Origin: Callorhinchus milii
Taxonomy: Eukaryota
DNA length: 64,000 bases
NCBI RefSeq assembly: GCF_018977255.1
Contig: NW_024704743.1
Span: 113,834,001 to 113,898,000, forward strand
Reading direction: 5' to 3'
Shown here piece by piece: positions 39,271 through 54,387 of the stretch. Under the pieces are notes generated by a model, which was given only the letters and a program-made list of their open reading frames with translations, was not told the origin of the DNA and ran no database searches. The position numbers were made by a program, and so were the translations under genes. Positions within the stretch are counted from its first letter, which is position 1; the number at the start of each line of letters is the position of its first letter.

Positions 39271-42200
39271 GAAATGAGTCGAGCGGCCTCAGGAGTGTAG
39301 AGATGGAAAGATTGGGAACGTTTTCACTTTGAAACGTCAGCAAAAAAACAGTTCCTAACTATGTTCTATACTGCAGAATGCAACCTTCCGAGATCAATGT
39401 CACTGATCTGTTCAATAAGTCAATCTTTTTCAGTCATGCAAAACACTACCAAGATTCTTTGATGGTCAAAGCTTTGTGGCAGTGGTTTTACCCTTGAATG
39501 TTGGGGATTTTTAACCGATGTTTACTGAGAATTGCATTAAGTAGACCTGATGACAAATTTCAAGCCTATTTATTTGAATTTTCTGAATCCAAATCACTTT
39601 AAATGTAATCATACTTTCCTTTGCCTCTTCTCTCTTCCAAGTATTTGGAATCGGTTGGAATGGAAGGCTATTGATCAAAATACATAGCAGATGACTGCAA
39701 TGGTTTCCCAACAGTAAAACAGCCGAGTTACAGATGTTAAAATCAGGAAGTTTTAAATTCAATACCTTGTGGCAGTTATATAAAATGGCAGTGGCACACT
39801 GACGCATTTTTTATTCAGTAGAATAAACCTCAAATTGGTTGCATTGAGGACCACAGAAATGCTTGCACTCCAAGTACGCCATCAAAGCCTAACCCTTGCT
39901 GTTGGCTAATTACTTCAATTTTTGCATCTTATATTTAACTGCCTATATTTTGATGATCAGGATAGACTTGCAGTATATTCAAATTAAATTTAATTGATAC
40001 TTTTTGTTTCTTCTTTATTTAGCTCCCCGCCCCCCCAACACACGCACATATGTCCCTAACCAGGTGGGATAGGTATATTGCTTTATACTATTGTTATTTA
40101 ACAAAATTATGGTGACATTTTAAAGGAAACATGGAGAGCATTTGAAAACCCAAAGAAATCTGGAATAGTCGAGTTTTAATAATGTAGTCAATATGTTAAA
40201 TCATGTGGCAGACTTTGGTATTTTCAGGGTAAGAAAAGGAAGGTGCTTCATAGGGATCAAAAGTGTCCATAATAGTGTTTTAGTGATTTGAGGCACAAAT
40301 CAATAGTGTCATGAGATCTCTCTCGCGCGCGTGTGTGTATGTGGTGTGAGAGGGAGATTGTGTGTGCATGCGCAAAACTGCCAAATTATGCGGATTTTAG
40401 ACTCTTATGTTGTCCAGTGACATTACTGAGGAATTAGTAAAGCTGTGAAATTTAATATTTTTGTAAATTTTAAAATGCATAGGTAAGGTTTACATAATTT
40501 AGTATTTAAGTTTAATTGGTATTATTTGTGTAAGTGCATGCATGAAGTTTAATTCAGTTTGGTTAAAACAGTTTATTTGTGGATTAATTACCTTTCTTAT
40601 GCTTCCCTTGTTATTTGTGATACTTGTGAGTTGTCAGACTTTTAATATTACAGGTTTGCTTTGTTTACCAGTGAAATCTAGTTTATCATGCTAGAAGTCA
40701 TTTCAAATTCAGATCCAGCAGTGATGTGATTCACAGCAGGATGTTATAGAGCATTTGTATTTCATTTTGCCTGCGGAGCGAGGGCTGTTCTGCATATGGA
40801 CAAATTCACTAAATAGTGTTTTCAATGTGTTGAGAGCTAGGCTAATAACATTAAAATGATCTTTTACGAGTTTGTGCGAGTGAAAGTTTTAAAAATACAT
40901 GATTCTAGCTTTCTTGGAATCCTGCTTGCTGGTTGCTATTCTATATGACTTGTCTATTGCATTGTACTATGAGCTTCATCTACTTAAAGGTAACAGATGC
41001 AAATTGGAAATCAATCCAGATTACTGGATCTGAATGGAATTTCCTTTGCTCTGTAAACAATGCCAGAGATGAATGCAATAATTTGAAACAAAGTATAACT
41101 TCTGAAACTTCACTCTGGGCAGATTTTCAAAACTAGGGGTTTTATTAAAATTAAAGCATGATTCTTTCCCTGTCCCTCCCCATATTCATTCTTCTTTCAA
41201 ACTGCACTCTTGACTCTTTTTCAAGTGTGAGAACCTATCAATATGAGCAGGGGGCTTTCCAGAGAAAAATGTGTGCACATATCTGTAATGTATGATTTCA
41301 TGTTGGCCCTGCTTTAAAGCTTGGTTGGTAGTCGATGGGCCAATGGAGTTGTCTTTCCTGGTCTAAGTGGAACTCAATTGAAAATTGTAAATCATAAGTG
41401 GTAAATGCATTTACCATAAGGGATCCATGGTAGGTATATAGAATTGTTAGGAAGATGTGATTGATTAAAGATTCAGGGTGTATAATAGATCTTAAGGTCA
41501 ACTTAGGAGTGCTGAAAATGTATTTTTAGTAAAATATGGGATAGGAAAATTTAGCATACGCAGAAACAAGTTGCCAATGCCTGTATAAGCCAAAATAAAA
41601 TATTGCAGCTACACAATTATAGCACTGAGAGTTGCAAGAAGCAATGTGAGGTGCATTTGTCTCCACTAGGGATGAAAGCAAACAATTTAGTTGGTGTGTA
41701 TGTGGAGAAAAAGGGAAAATAGTCAGTTCACTACATACAATATGAAATCATGCTGAAAGAGAAGATTGATTAAATCACAGAGGGATATTAAAAGCATAGG
41801 AAGTCGATACTTTCTCTTTAATTTAGATTGATGACTCTGTATAAACAATGCTGGATGCAGCCTGTAAACAGTGACTGGATGGAGTTCCTGGTAGGAGGGG
41901 TCAAGAGAAGGTTACAACAACTAACTGCTTTATGGCAATACAACAAATGTGGTACATTTGTACATGTAATATTTCTGTAACGTAAGACTTGCTGGAATAA
42001 ATTAATCTTTTTTTAAGCCTTACTGGGATTTTTTTTGTTTAAAGGAACAATCTTGCCCTCTCTTTCAGTATCATTAGCTGAGGCACTGATCCTTTGTCCT
42101 GTTGCAACATTCATCATCACTGTCAGGTGGCCTGTCTTTCTCTATTGTGCGCTCTGTGAAAATGCCTCTGCATGGACCATGGAACTCCTCCTCCTGAATC

Positions 42201-43826
42201 CATTGTCTCTTCCTGATCACGTTCACCAGTGCAACTGTTCACCTCCAGTGTGTTTGTTGTTCCAACGGTCTTTCTCATGGATAGATTCTTGCAACGTGTC
42301 TTTTTTTGGGGAATGATTTGCATCAAAATCTGTGCGTGACCTCTGCTTGGCATGCTTTTAGGATTGGCTTGTTGAACCTTCGTTTGGCCAATTTAAAGGG
42401 TCAGTGCTATTAGATTTAGATAGCTTTACTGAAGTATTAGTATTCCTTTCAGTTAGGAATTTTTTTAGGGTAATGCATTTTGGTTGTCATTTTTTTTAGT
42501 AATTATATTTTCAAGTCAAAGCTTCTGGATAACCACAGGGACTTGGAAACTAAATGCAGTATTTTAGGACATCAAACTCGTGGTATTTAACTCTACCCAC
42601 GCTGTCTACAAAATATTGTGCTGTGGACAAGGAGAGGAAAGTTAACTCTTGCAGTCAGTTTGTTGGCTTAAGAAAAAATATTCTGTTAACAGTATTGTAG
42701 AGCTGCTGTGATTGTCTAACTCCAGTATTCTCTTTTGGTTGACATGATGAGCATAGGTGACTTGTTTCTGTACCCACTAAATGCAGTATAGTACAGCCCG
42801 AAGGTCTTGCTTTGGAAAAGGTTTAAATCCCTTCAGCACACTTAGAGGTCCGATTGAGATCTGTAATCCTTCATGAGTGGAAGGGAACCTGTTTACTACC
42901 AATGTTTTTTGATGATTCGTCTGTCTTACATCCCAACTTGCTCTTCAAGTAAGGACCAGAAGATTCTGGGTCCGAATCTGTGTGGATCCACTCAGCCCTT
43001 CGCCCTCTCGAGGTTGATTAAATGAGTACCACAGTTTTTTAAAATTCCCCCAGAAGTAATGCAATTGGGAGATCTCTACAGCTGACCTGGTTGAGGAGAC
43101 ATGCCTCACAAAAGCAGCAATTTGAGGTGATGTTGATGGTTAACCAGCCTGTCTTGTCCCAATCAATGAAACTTTAAGATCCTTGTCTGACTTTCAAGTA
43201 CTTACCCCTATTTAAGCATTTTGCTCCTGCCTATACCCTCTGCTCCAATATCTAGTCTGTTCCTTGTTTCGTACTCCCTCCATCTTTGCATTGGTAACTA
43301 ACTCTTCATTCACTATTCCTGGAACTTGCTTTCTAAACATCTTTGCCTCCTTTCCTCTTTGTTTTCAAATCCTGATTTTTTTTAAAAAAAGATTGCTTTT
43401 GGTCAACATTCTTTCCCTTCTCCCTGTTCAGTGCTCTTTCACAATCAAGCGTTTGAGAAGTTCTTTCTATATAAAAAGAGCTATATCAAACCAATATTTT
43501 GTTCATTTGAAGGTGTTAACACGTCCTGACCACTGCAAGCCACCATTTAGAGAGCTCCCAGTCAGACAAGTACCATGAATCTTCTGGGTTTCATACTGGT
43601 AAGCTATATGGTTATCATTTTTGTGTTGTACTGTATTATTGCCAGATTTCCTGCAAGGTGATTCCTTCATCCAAAATGTATGTGACTTGTGCTTTTCAAC
43701 ATGAATATGTTGCAGTACCTGAATTGCCAGCAATAAATGTCAAAGATAAACAGAATTTACTTTTAATTTAAAACCTTAAATTGTTCACACTGAGTTTCTG
43801 AAAAAAAACCCACTATGGTCATATGT

Positions 43827-44140
43827 GGAGTCCTGTAGCTCAGTGGTTAGAGACCTGAGTTCAATTCCAGGCAGGGCGAAACCTTGGGCAAGTTTCCTTA
43901 CTCCACACGCCTAATAATAATCCCTCCAAAACTAAAAAAAAACAATAATTAAATTGGTCATTTTCAATCTACGACTGTTTGTGGGACATTGCTGTGCGCA
44001 ATTGGCTGCCGCGTTCGCCCACAAATATACAGTCAATTCACTTTACAGTGTGTTCTGTGAAGCGCTTTGGGACGTCCTCCCGACGTGAAAAGCGCTATAT
44101 CAAAAAATGCAAGGATTATTATTATTATTATTATTATTAT
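43827..44140 (+). mobile_element. Young tRNA-SINE lacking the anticodon arm
   Basis: GTGGTTAGAG joined directly to ACCTGAGTTC; rest near-identical to the family. Confidence 0.9.
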
Positions 44141-47100
44141 ATGGTCACTATGGTCACTAAGTCAAAAGGGTAATGTGTTTCCTCTGGTGTACTAAATTAT
44201 AGTTACTTTAATGATAACTGACTGTTAGATCCATTTCGATTTCTAAAGTAATAGAAGCCATGTTGGACAGATCCTCGTGAATCCCAAACCCCTACCTAAC
44301 TGTTGTGGCTTCATCTCTGAGATTACATTTCATTTGCTCGTTAGTTACTACATCTGGTTAATCTTTTTGGTGCTTGGCAAGGTCTGTGAATTGAGGGAAA
44401 ATTAATGGTGGGGTGATTTAGGGGACAAAAGTTAGCATTTTTTGTCTTCCTCTCTTGTATAGGGACAGGTAGTTCCAGTGGAAAATTAGAGGATAGTTAC
44501 AAATAGCAGTAGTTTTCACTGGAATTACCTTTGATGATAAAACCTGGTAGATTTCTTTAGACTCTAAACCCGTTGGAATATTTGCCCTTATTACTCAGTG
44601 AGCAGTAGATTACTGCAGTTAACGTTTAACTTAAGCCACCTTCCATATACTAAAATGAGAAGAACCAAGCTTACAGTGGAGGACACAACCAAGGTTCCTT
44701 GGCAAGTAAGGGAAAATAAAATGCATTAAATTAAGTTAGAATCCAATCTTTCTCTTGATATATTAACATATTTGCGAGCATTTCGTCCACAAAATATGCA
44801 GTCAATTCACTTTATCGAATATACTGTGAAGCACTTTAAGACTTTTCAACGATGCAATATGGCGCTATATCATAATGCAAGAATTATTGTTGTGTTGGAG
44901 TCTCCTCTTGTCGGCTGTATTCAGAAATTTGTCAACATGAGTGGGGTTCCGCAACCTGTTTGTCTGCCTTCCTGGGCATGTTCATTATTCAAGTAGTTCT
45001 ACATTTGTATTGCTTTTTTATATATAATGTACATATTGCACTTTTGTATACAGTTTGCGGCTATCAGCTGATTATTTTACCAGTTTCTAGTTTTAGAACT
45101 TAGTCAGTCGCCATTTTGAGGATTCAGCAGCAGTGCAATGAAATAATGGTAACCATTTTGGCTTCCCCATGCTAACAATGTCTGACATAAGATCACTGCC
45201 AGTGTCATTTAATTTCCTGAAATGTTGTCCACAGTGGTCCCAGAATGCCGATGCAATTGTTCCCTCCCCCCCCTTATAGCACTGGTTCAGATTCCATGGA
45301 TTCCAACTACTGTATGAATACTGTATGTGAAGCACTTTGAGACTTTAGAAGACGTGAAAGGCGCTATATCAAATGCAAGTATTATTACAATAACAACAAG
45401 ATTTCATTTATGGAACGCCTTTCATGTCGGGGGGACGTCCCAAGGCGCTGGACAGTTGGGTTGGGACCCGAGCAGGGGGGAAATGGTCAGGGTGAGGGGA
45501 GGGAAGGGAGGAAGCGAGGAGGGGGTAGAGAGTCGAGAGGGGAGCTGAAGGCACGGTTGAAGAGAACTGCATTATAATGGGGTTCTCCATTACTGTAAAA
45601 CAGTGAAGCATTTCAACATAATGCACTACAAAAATGAAAGTTTTTTCATTCTTAAAATAAAAACACATTATAGTTGGTTGACTGCTCAGTTGGTAAATTC
45701 ACTGCCAAGAGTGAATCATGCCAGAAGATCTTGGGTATGTTGAACATTTTTGAATATCCTCTCTTTGGTACTTGGCCTAGTTTTGCACATGAAGAATGGT
45801 TACATGGATGAGGCACTAGAGCGTTGCCAATACTATGGAATTATACACCAGCGAATGTCAGTGCCTTCAGGACTGTCAGGAAGAAAATTAGCATTTTTTA
45901 AAAAAAAAACTCATAAAATTTGTAGTCTCTTTGCCAAGTCACTATTTACAATTTCATTCAAAAAGCAACCAAACAACCACAGTGGAAGAGAAAATAATTT
46001 TTAGCCAATGATGCCAGTTTTGATTAAGGATGATTTACAAATGTTCTACAGGTACTCCTGAGCAGGAGTATGAATTTAGGATAATAAACAGTTGGAATGG
46101 GTCCAGGAAGAGTGCTTGATGCCAGGATTCTGAATTCATTTATGAAGGATGATATCAAATCTCAAGCATGACTATTTTTGTAGGTAAATGAGTAACCAAT
46201 TTACACACAGCATTATGCACAAACAGTGATTGACCAATTTTATCTGGAGGATTGAGTGTTGGTTAGGGAGAAAATTAGTGAAACTCTTCTCTTTTCAAAT
46301 AGTGTTAGGGGATTTTTAATGTTTAATGGACAGGCAGGATCTTGGTTTAACTTATCTGAAGGATGGCATTGCACTCGAGTATCAGCCTAAACTATGAGAT
46401 GAAACTCCTGACATGTGGCTTGAATTCAAAACCTTCTCTCAAAGATGAGTGCGGCTAATGGAGTTAGGCTGATAGCAGGTAATTTGGCAAAATATTAGAG
46501 AACAATCAAAAGAAATTAGGATCAGAAAGCTTACCCTTTAGAAAGGACAGGAGCGAACTTTGTTCATCTTTTGATTACGTTGCATTTCATTTGCTTGTAC
46601 ACTTCTAGCCAACAAAGCTTTCGGTTTCAGTTGTTATTTCCACCCCTTTGTTTTCTGTATCTGCCTGTTTAAAATATATTCTATAAGTTTGTGTTCACTA
46701 AAAGCATTCGCTAGTCTGAGTGTGATTAGTAATTACCGATTGTGCTCGGGGAAACTCGGAAAGTGTCACAGACTTCGGTAGAACTGGCGCATGCGCATTA
46801 TAAATATATTGAGTAGCTCTTTAAATACATATTTTATGTATTTGAAGTTTTTGATACTTATGGTGCATTAAGTCTGACTCTAGTGTCGATTGAAACAATT
46901 TGGTGGGGTAACTGACTTATCTATAATTTGCGTAAGTGGATAAGAAGGTACACTGTTTCCCTATTGGGTCATGTAAAAGATGATTTGGATTGCACCATAA
47001 AAAAGGCACTAATTACATCAAGCAATTGATGCAATACAATTACCACTGGGTACTCTAATTCAGGGCGGGGCTCAATGCCCATAAAAGAATGAGAACTATG

Positions 47101-50004
47101 TGCTCAGGGTTGCTATTTTTACCTGATAACATCAAAAGTTAGATGCCTTGACTATTGATGAGGAGTTGTCCTCTAGGTCAGGGATTGTTTTTTTGTGCAC
47201 TTTACATTAACTTCATTGCAAGCTGCAAGCATGTTTAATTTAAGTGTGATTAGTGTTTGTTATTTCATAGGTGCAAATATGCAAACAGGTTGAGCCTACG
47301 TCAGTCTATTAAGAGTAAAAGACTGATGACAGAAACTTCCCGATTTCCTTTAATTTAAATAGCAATTGGTAGTACCTGTTGTTGTGGAAGAACTCATTAG
47401 TCAAGTTACACCTAGTTATGGGGACTTGCATTCATTAGTGAGGATTGAACACTGAGGCCATCCAGTACACTCTGCGAAGGGAGAGTGAGCCGTATCGTCG
47501 TGGGTGTACATATAGGGATGTAGAACCATCTCACAGTCAGAATGATGCAAACTGAAATGTGACCTCACATGGTTTCTGGGAGGGGTGGAATGGTCTCCCT
47601 TGAGCTAGTTTATAGATGCTTTTGGATTACTTTGGTGCATGCACAAGCATGTACAGTATAGCTGGCTAAAACTAGAAAAAGATTTACGTCAGGCTATTGA
47701 TACTAGTTTGATACATTTTTCACTTTCAGCCTATGTGAAGTGAGGTTAGAGATTTCCTCTGATGTGATCTAATGTGGGACTGATTTTATTGTTGTGTATT
47801 GTCAGAATTTGCAGGTGTAATATGAACTGATCGCTCAGTTTCACCGACTTTACCAGATTCAGCATTGTCTTTGTAACTGCCAAATCCTCTGGAGATTTTG
47901 AAGTCACGTGACTGAGATTGTTATGTTGTGCTAAGCAACTGATTATATGCTTGTTGCAGTCGTGCACCATCAGAATAGAAGCTATTCAGCTGGACGCCAA
48001 GAAGCAAATGCTTACCCTAATTTGAATTCTACTATCTGCAGCTCAAATGATATAAAAGGCACAGCCGGATTAATTCACAGCAACCAAATTGTTCTTTCTA
48101 AGACTCCTACAATTATCTTTATTGTCTGATTCTTCCCCCCCCCCCCCCCCGTAAAGTAGAATACAATCCTGGTACGCCCTGAGGTGACCCAGAGATGAAT
48201 GCCAATGGAGTTATATATCCAAATGCAAAGGAACCTTAAAGATTGTTTTCATTTTTTAACCATTTCCTATAGATAGGTTTTTAAGTCTCTTTGTATGTGG
48301 CAAAATGCTTTGTATAAATTTAATACTGTATGTTGGAACAGATGGTGTTACATTTGAATGGTTTTGTAAAGGAGAATATGTAGGATGAATTAAATGAACG
48401 GCTCTTGTTGCTATGGTTAATTTCATTTCAATGATTCAGATATCTGATCATATGATAGATTTTGTTTGTAAAATTTGCCTGCCTATTTTCTCTCCTCTTG
48501 GAGGTTTGAGTATTGTTCCACGAGCACCAGTTGCCCTCCGGTATTGTGCTGAAGTGGGTATTACATGACGATCCTGCTATAACTGTGTATTGGGTCCATC
48601 CAATTAGACTCTGGTTATAATTGATCTGCAATTCAGGCCTAAATTGTCAGGTCACTGCTAACATTGCTTCTAGTTATCAATATGGACTGGCTGGCTGGCC
48701 ATTCATGGGATACCCACATTATAAGCAAAATTGTGCTTTGTGAGGTACCATTTAATGGGTTGCTCTGTATTGGGTTTTGCATGGGGGGGGGGTGTTAAAG
48801 TGCGTCTGCACACACAGAGGAGTGAGACGCCTTCACACATGTGGAGCGCCTCCCTCTTCAAACCCATCACTGAACGTGCCAGTGCACAAGGAGAGGCAGA
48901 GGAAGAGATTAGCGCATGAGCAATTGGTGTCATGACAGGTAACCATTTATGGTATTTTCCAGGGTTTATTGTATAAACCAAGATTTATTATTTTGTGTAT
49001 AGGGGGTATTTTATCTGAATTTTGTTTGATTAAAATCAGAAGCTCCAAATATATTCTTCGAAATCAAGTTTTATAAAATTAATTTCAACACTATGGAGGG
49101 CAAACAAAATGTACTCCATGCTTTGGAAACTTAACAATGTTGCATAATAGAAAATTACAAAGCAGATGGTTGCTAAAATTCAGGTTTGAATTTTTCCCCC
49201 CCATTTTGGAAAACACAGTTTAGAAAAGTTATTTTTGTGTCTTAAAATGCTGATGAATTCTTTGAATTAAATGGACAACAGAACCCTTCAGTACGGGGGG
49301 AGTGAGCTAATCTAATCTCTCTTCCCCTTAAATAGCACAGTCATTCTTTTGTCCCCCGTCACAGAAATAGACCAACTCATTTGCATCAAACCATTATGCA
49401 TTCTGGGAATTTTTTGCAACAAAAAAATGAATACTCATTCAGCATTGATTTTTTTTACTCTTTTCCTTTGGCTTCGAGACTATAAACTTTAGTTTGGTAA
49501 GAGGGCGGTGATCAAGTAATCTTTTGATTACTTAAAGTACGGTTAAAGTTTCCATTTCCAGCAATGAGTGACAATCGACTCCTCCAGCTACATCTGTTAT
49601 TTATTCTAAAGTGAGCTGTTGTGGTGCAAGTGTTCAGTTCTTCCATTCTTTATTGTATGAACTGTACAAGGAAAGATGGTTATCCAGCTTTTTTGTCACT
49701 TGACTGTTTAGAATTGTGTTGGTACTTTTTAAACACTGCTCTCGTATTTCATAGCTATTGTATAACATTCAAAATAAGGGGAAACAAATTTGGAAATAGT
49801 AACACTAACTAACAAGAGTGTTCAATTTGTAAAAGCTTTTCAAGCTTATCAAAGCAATTAGTTTCCAGGCTGTAGATATAATAATCCTGTAATACTAAGT
49901 CAGTACAGTAGGAACTGTGCAGTGTGCCCATTTTAAGGCGCTTGTTTAACTGCAGTAAATTAAGGTAGATTAGTATAACAAGTCAGGTACGTAAGACACT
50001 GAAA

Positions 50005-50430
50005 ATGACGTCGCAAGTGACCAAGGCTGTGAAGAAAGCTTACAGCATGTTAGGTTTTATACACAGAGGCAGAGTACAAAAGCAAAGCAATGATGTTAAA
50101 TTTGTACAAATCATTGGTTAAGCTGCAACTGGGGTACTGCGTCCAGTTTTAGGAATCTCACTTCAGGAAAGTTGCTAAGGCCTTTGTGGGGGTGCTGAGG
50201 AGGGTTACAAGAATGATTCCAGGGGTGGAGGGCTACAGTTATGAGGAGAGATTGGAGGTCTGTTTTCATTGGAGGAGTGAAAGATAACTTCAAGAATAGT
50301 GAAAGGAGAATTTAGGAGGAATTTTTTCACCCAGAGTTGTTGGGATGTAGAAAGCCCTGCTGAGTAGGGTGGTGGAGGTGGAGCCTATTGCAGCTTTCGA
50401 GAGCGAAATAAACAGGCATATGAAAGAGGG
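50005..50430 (+). mobile_element. Degraded CR1 LINE fragment
   Basis: TTGTACAAATCATTGGTTAAG..CACTTCAGGAAAG..AGAATGATTCCAGGG..AGTTATGAGGAGAGATT matches CR1 ORF2 C-terminal coding sequence. Confidence 0.75.
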
Positions 50431-53400
50431 GTTTGAAGTGGTATAACACTGACGCTTGCATTTGATGGCGTCTTATCACGTTGTTGAGACGCTTCAAAGC
50501 ACTTCACAAAATGCATTGTAAAGTGGATTGACTGTATTTCATGGGTGAAATGTGGCAGCAATTGTGCACAGTGGTGTCCCACAAACCAATGTGGATTGAG
50601 TGAACAAATTTTTTTTGAGGGATTATTACCCCTCAGAAAGCAATAAAATGGGGAACTGGGATTGAATTGCTCACCTTAGATTTCTATGTCTGTTTCTAAA
50701 TCAATTTATGGGTAATTGTGTTCTAGAGAGAAATATAACCTGAATGCACACTTTTTGGCTTAATGAGCAAAAATGAAATATTTCATTTATTTCCCTTTGC
50801 CTCCCCTCTGAATTTTCTCCTCTGGTACCTCAATCAAATAGCTAGTCTTCGTGTGAGAGACCAGGCTGAATATTGTCAGACATTTTGATAACTGGATCAG
50901 TTCTCATTTCATCGTAACTATGCCGGAAACTAGATAATACAGCCATCAGGAGTGGGAATCATTCTAGCCGCTTCATTATTGTCTTACTCCCTTCCCCCAA
51001 ATGATGAGGCCAATTGTATGGCAGGTGGGTTCCTTTCCATGTAATTCCAGAATTCAACCCGTTTGGGCCCGAAATATTGGTAACTCGTTCACTGGAGGTA
51101 ACTTCTCTAACCCAAATTCCCCTCATTATATCCTTTTACATTTTCCTTTTCAAAATATTTATCGAATTCTGATTTTTAACAATTTTCACCAACTTTGAGG
51201 AGTACTAGAGTTAAGTCGAAGTGAATGTTTACAAGCTTTAGAACTGTAACGATTGGGATTAGTTAACAAGGTCCTTGTGATGCAGTTACATTGAAGGAAC
51301 TATTTGTAATGTTTTCTAGTGGTTCTGGTTCAAGGCTGCATGAAGCAAAGTTTGGAATTGCACAGACTTGAAATGTGTATGATTGGGCCAGATTGAAACC
51401 TTTAGAGGCCCCAAAATGAGAGTGCCAGAAATCTGGATCGAGGTTTACCATTTTTCACCCTGAGCCGTGCCTCTGTTATACAGAAAACCACTGCTCTCGT
51501 CAAGGCTCAGCATGAGAAACTTGCATGTGTGGATTAGTTCACTGGCAGACGTCCAAGTCAGCCTTGCACTGGCTTGAAACTAACCCCAGACGTGGGTCTG
51601 CCTTACACTGACTGATTTGGGTGGAATATAATGTTAGGTTAGATTATATATTTAGTTTTAGCCTCTCACAGTAATGGCATTGAGTCACATATTGTGAACC
51701 TGTTCTGTGGAGCATAACACCATGCCTTACGATTTAATGAAATCATTGTAAGATCTTCATATGATAGAGCTCATTTTATATTTAGCATATCCTGCAGAAT
51801 CAAAGATGCTATCTATCATATTGCAAACAAATATTACAAGACTATTATTCCTGTCCTGCCAAACAAACCCCTCTGTAATATTGTTCATTCACTTGACAGC
51901 TGTTTGAGGGACATGTCTGTGTGAAAATTGGCTGCCTTATTCACCTACAAATACACAAGACTTATTTTACAGTAATCCTGTGAAGTGCTTTGAGAAATTT
52001 TGACAATGCCACCCTCCCTGGCCTCCATCCCACCTGATCACAATCTCCCCCCAGCTCAGGTCCAAATCCCTGACTGTCCAGCGCTTTGGGATGCCCTCCT
52101 GAAATGAAAGGTGCCACACAAATGTAATTTTATATTATTGAAGAGGCTAGTTAATGAACTGATACTAAACTGATACTGAATTAATACTTCGGAGTCTCTT
52201 CCAGTAGAACAAACTCTCACATTGCCCTGGGGTTTGAGGTGCAGTGAATTCTGCCCCATCACTTTGAGGTGGAATCCACTGAATTTGTGGCAACCCAAAA
52301 AGAACTGCAAGGTTCCAGAGCTACAAATACAACTTTATTTTTTGACCACTTGTGTGACACGTCTATGTATGACATGAAGAAGGGAAGTTAAGGACTTTAC
52401 AGGCTAGTAATGTGAAAATGTCACTGCTATCCTACTTTGTGTGGAATTGGTCTGCTCACTGGCTGGAAGATGAGGTATATTCAAAGCTACCATTAACAAG
52501 TTGTCCTGCTGTCTCCAGCATTGTTGCCATTAGTGATGGGGATAAAGACATCTTCAGACAGGATGGTAAACATGTCCAAAACAGCACTATTGCTTTATAT
52601 TACATTGCTGCTGTGGAAGGGCTGAGCTTCTGTCGGTAATAACACTACTATAAACGTGGCTAAAGCCGGTACTGAGCTAATAACCTTGCTTTTATTAATT
52701 TAGTTTGCCGACATATAGTCGCTATACACTTAACAGGAAAACATTGAAGTGCTTTGAGACTTCCAATGATGCAATTATGCACTGTGTCAAATGCAGCTAT
52801 TATTGCTTATTATGTAGTGGAGAATGTACAAAAAAATAAAATGTAGCTTTGAAATTCACAATTGAGTGAATTCCAAGTCTTCAGGGCTGTTTTAAAATTG
52901 CTGCAATTAAATTGCTGAACTATATAACATCTGAAGATTTTTGAAATGCTCTTATTATGGAAGATGCTAAGGCATGCAGATTTGTGAGTGCAGCTAAAAT
53001 TCAGGGAACAACTTCATGATCTGCATTATAATAAGATTTTCTATATATTGGTTAGGGCCTTTGTTTACAAAATGTTAATGAGTGAAACCAGTGTGTAAAT
53101 CATGTATTGTGAGTATGGGTCCAGGTGTTTTAATTAGTGTTGCATATTAATGATCAAGAGTCTAAGTATTTTTTTTAAAAAGTTTCGCTTTAGTACTGTA
53201 TTCGAATCTCATTCATGAAAGATTTTTGGTAAAGCATGTAGATCCCCAACTTCATCTATTGAGTATTAATTTGATATTTGTTGCAAAATGAAGCTTTCTT
53301 GGTAGGCTGTGGACTACTCAACCTACTTGGTAAAAGCCCAACGGGTTTTAATTGTCACAAGATGCTTTCATTTTATGGAGGAGCGAAATTGAAGTTCATG

Positions 53401-53961
53401 GTTTAATTCCTGATACAATATCACAGTGGTTTATCAGCAGTCCAGGAGAAGGCTGAGCAATTTTCTGCAGGAAGGCAGAAAAAAATTACTCAACCACATC
53501 CTGAAGTAGTGGTTTGCCCAATATTGGCTTAGCAGGACAATATTATGATAATCATTGATTATTGATTTCTTCAACTAAAATCGCATGTTTTCAATAAAGA
53601 TCAGTGTTAAGTGAATAAAAGAGGGAACCATGATGGTTTCCTTTCTCCATCTGAGAGATGGATGACGGCTGCTATCTCCACCCAAGCCAAGAACTTTTGA
53701 CTACCAAGTCTGTATGGTTTTGTACCACATTGGATCATTGAGGAACCTTCCCCAGTTATTTTGCAAAATTAGAAACATTGGTACTAGCCAGTACTATATA
53801 TAAATTAAATCTGTACTGGCTAAGACTACAGTACTGTTTGAAATGTAAAGGACCCAACTTTTGCGTTAGTTGTCATATGATTCTCAACTTTATATACTTG
53901 CCAATATTAAAACATTCGCCAACAGACTAATTTGCAGTAATTTAATACATGTAAATTGTAG

Positions 53962-54274
53962 TAATAATAATAATCCTCGCATTTGATACAGCGCTTTTCA
54001 CATCTTCTAGACGTCTCAAAGCGCTTCACAGAATAGATTGTAAAGTGAATTGACTGTATATTTGTGGGCGAAACGCGGCAGCCAATTGCGCACAGCAGTG
54101 TCCCACAAACAGTCGTGGATTGAAAATGACCAATTTATTATTGTTTTGTTTTCGAGGGATTATTATTAAGCGTGTGGAGTAAGGAAACTTGCCCAAGGTT
54201 TTGCCCTGCCTGGAATTGAACCCAGGTGTCTCACTTGCAAGTCGAGTGCTCTAACCACTGAGCTACAGGACTCC
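53962..54274 (-). mobile_element. tRNA-derived SINE, full length, short subfamily
   Basis: Complete reverse complement of the family. Confidence 0.92.
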
Positions 54275-54387
54275 AGTAGGTTAACACATCCAGTATAATT
54301 AACACATCCATTACTTGTAGATTATTATAGTAAGTTAACCAGCTACAGATCTTCCCTCATTGCTAAAAGCCCAATTCCTGTATTTGT

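Noticed and set aside
44937..44996. ATGAGTGGG as the NCOA2 start codon
   Set aside because: Reads MSGVPQPVCLPSW.. and stops; does not match the NCOA2 N-terminus (MSG.GEN..DP...RKRK)
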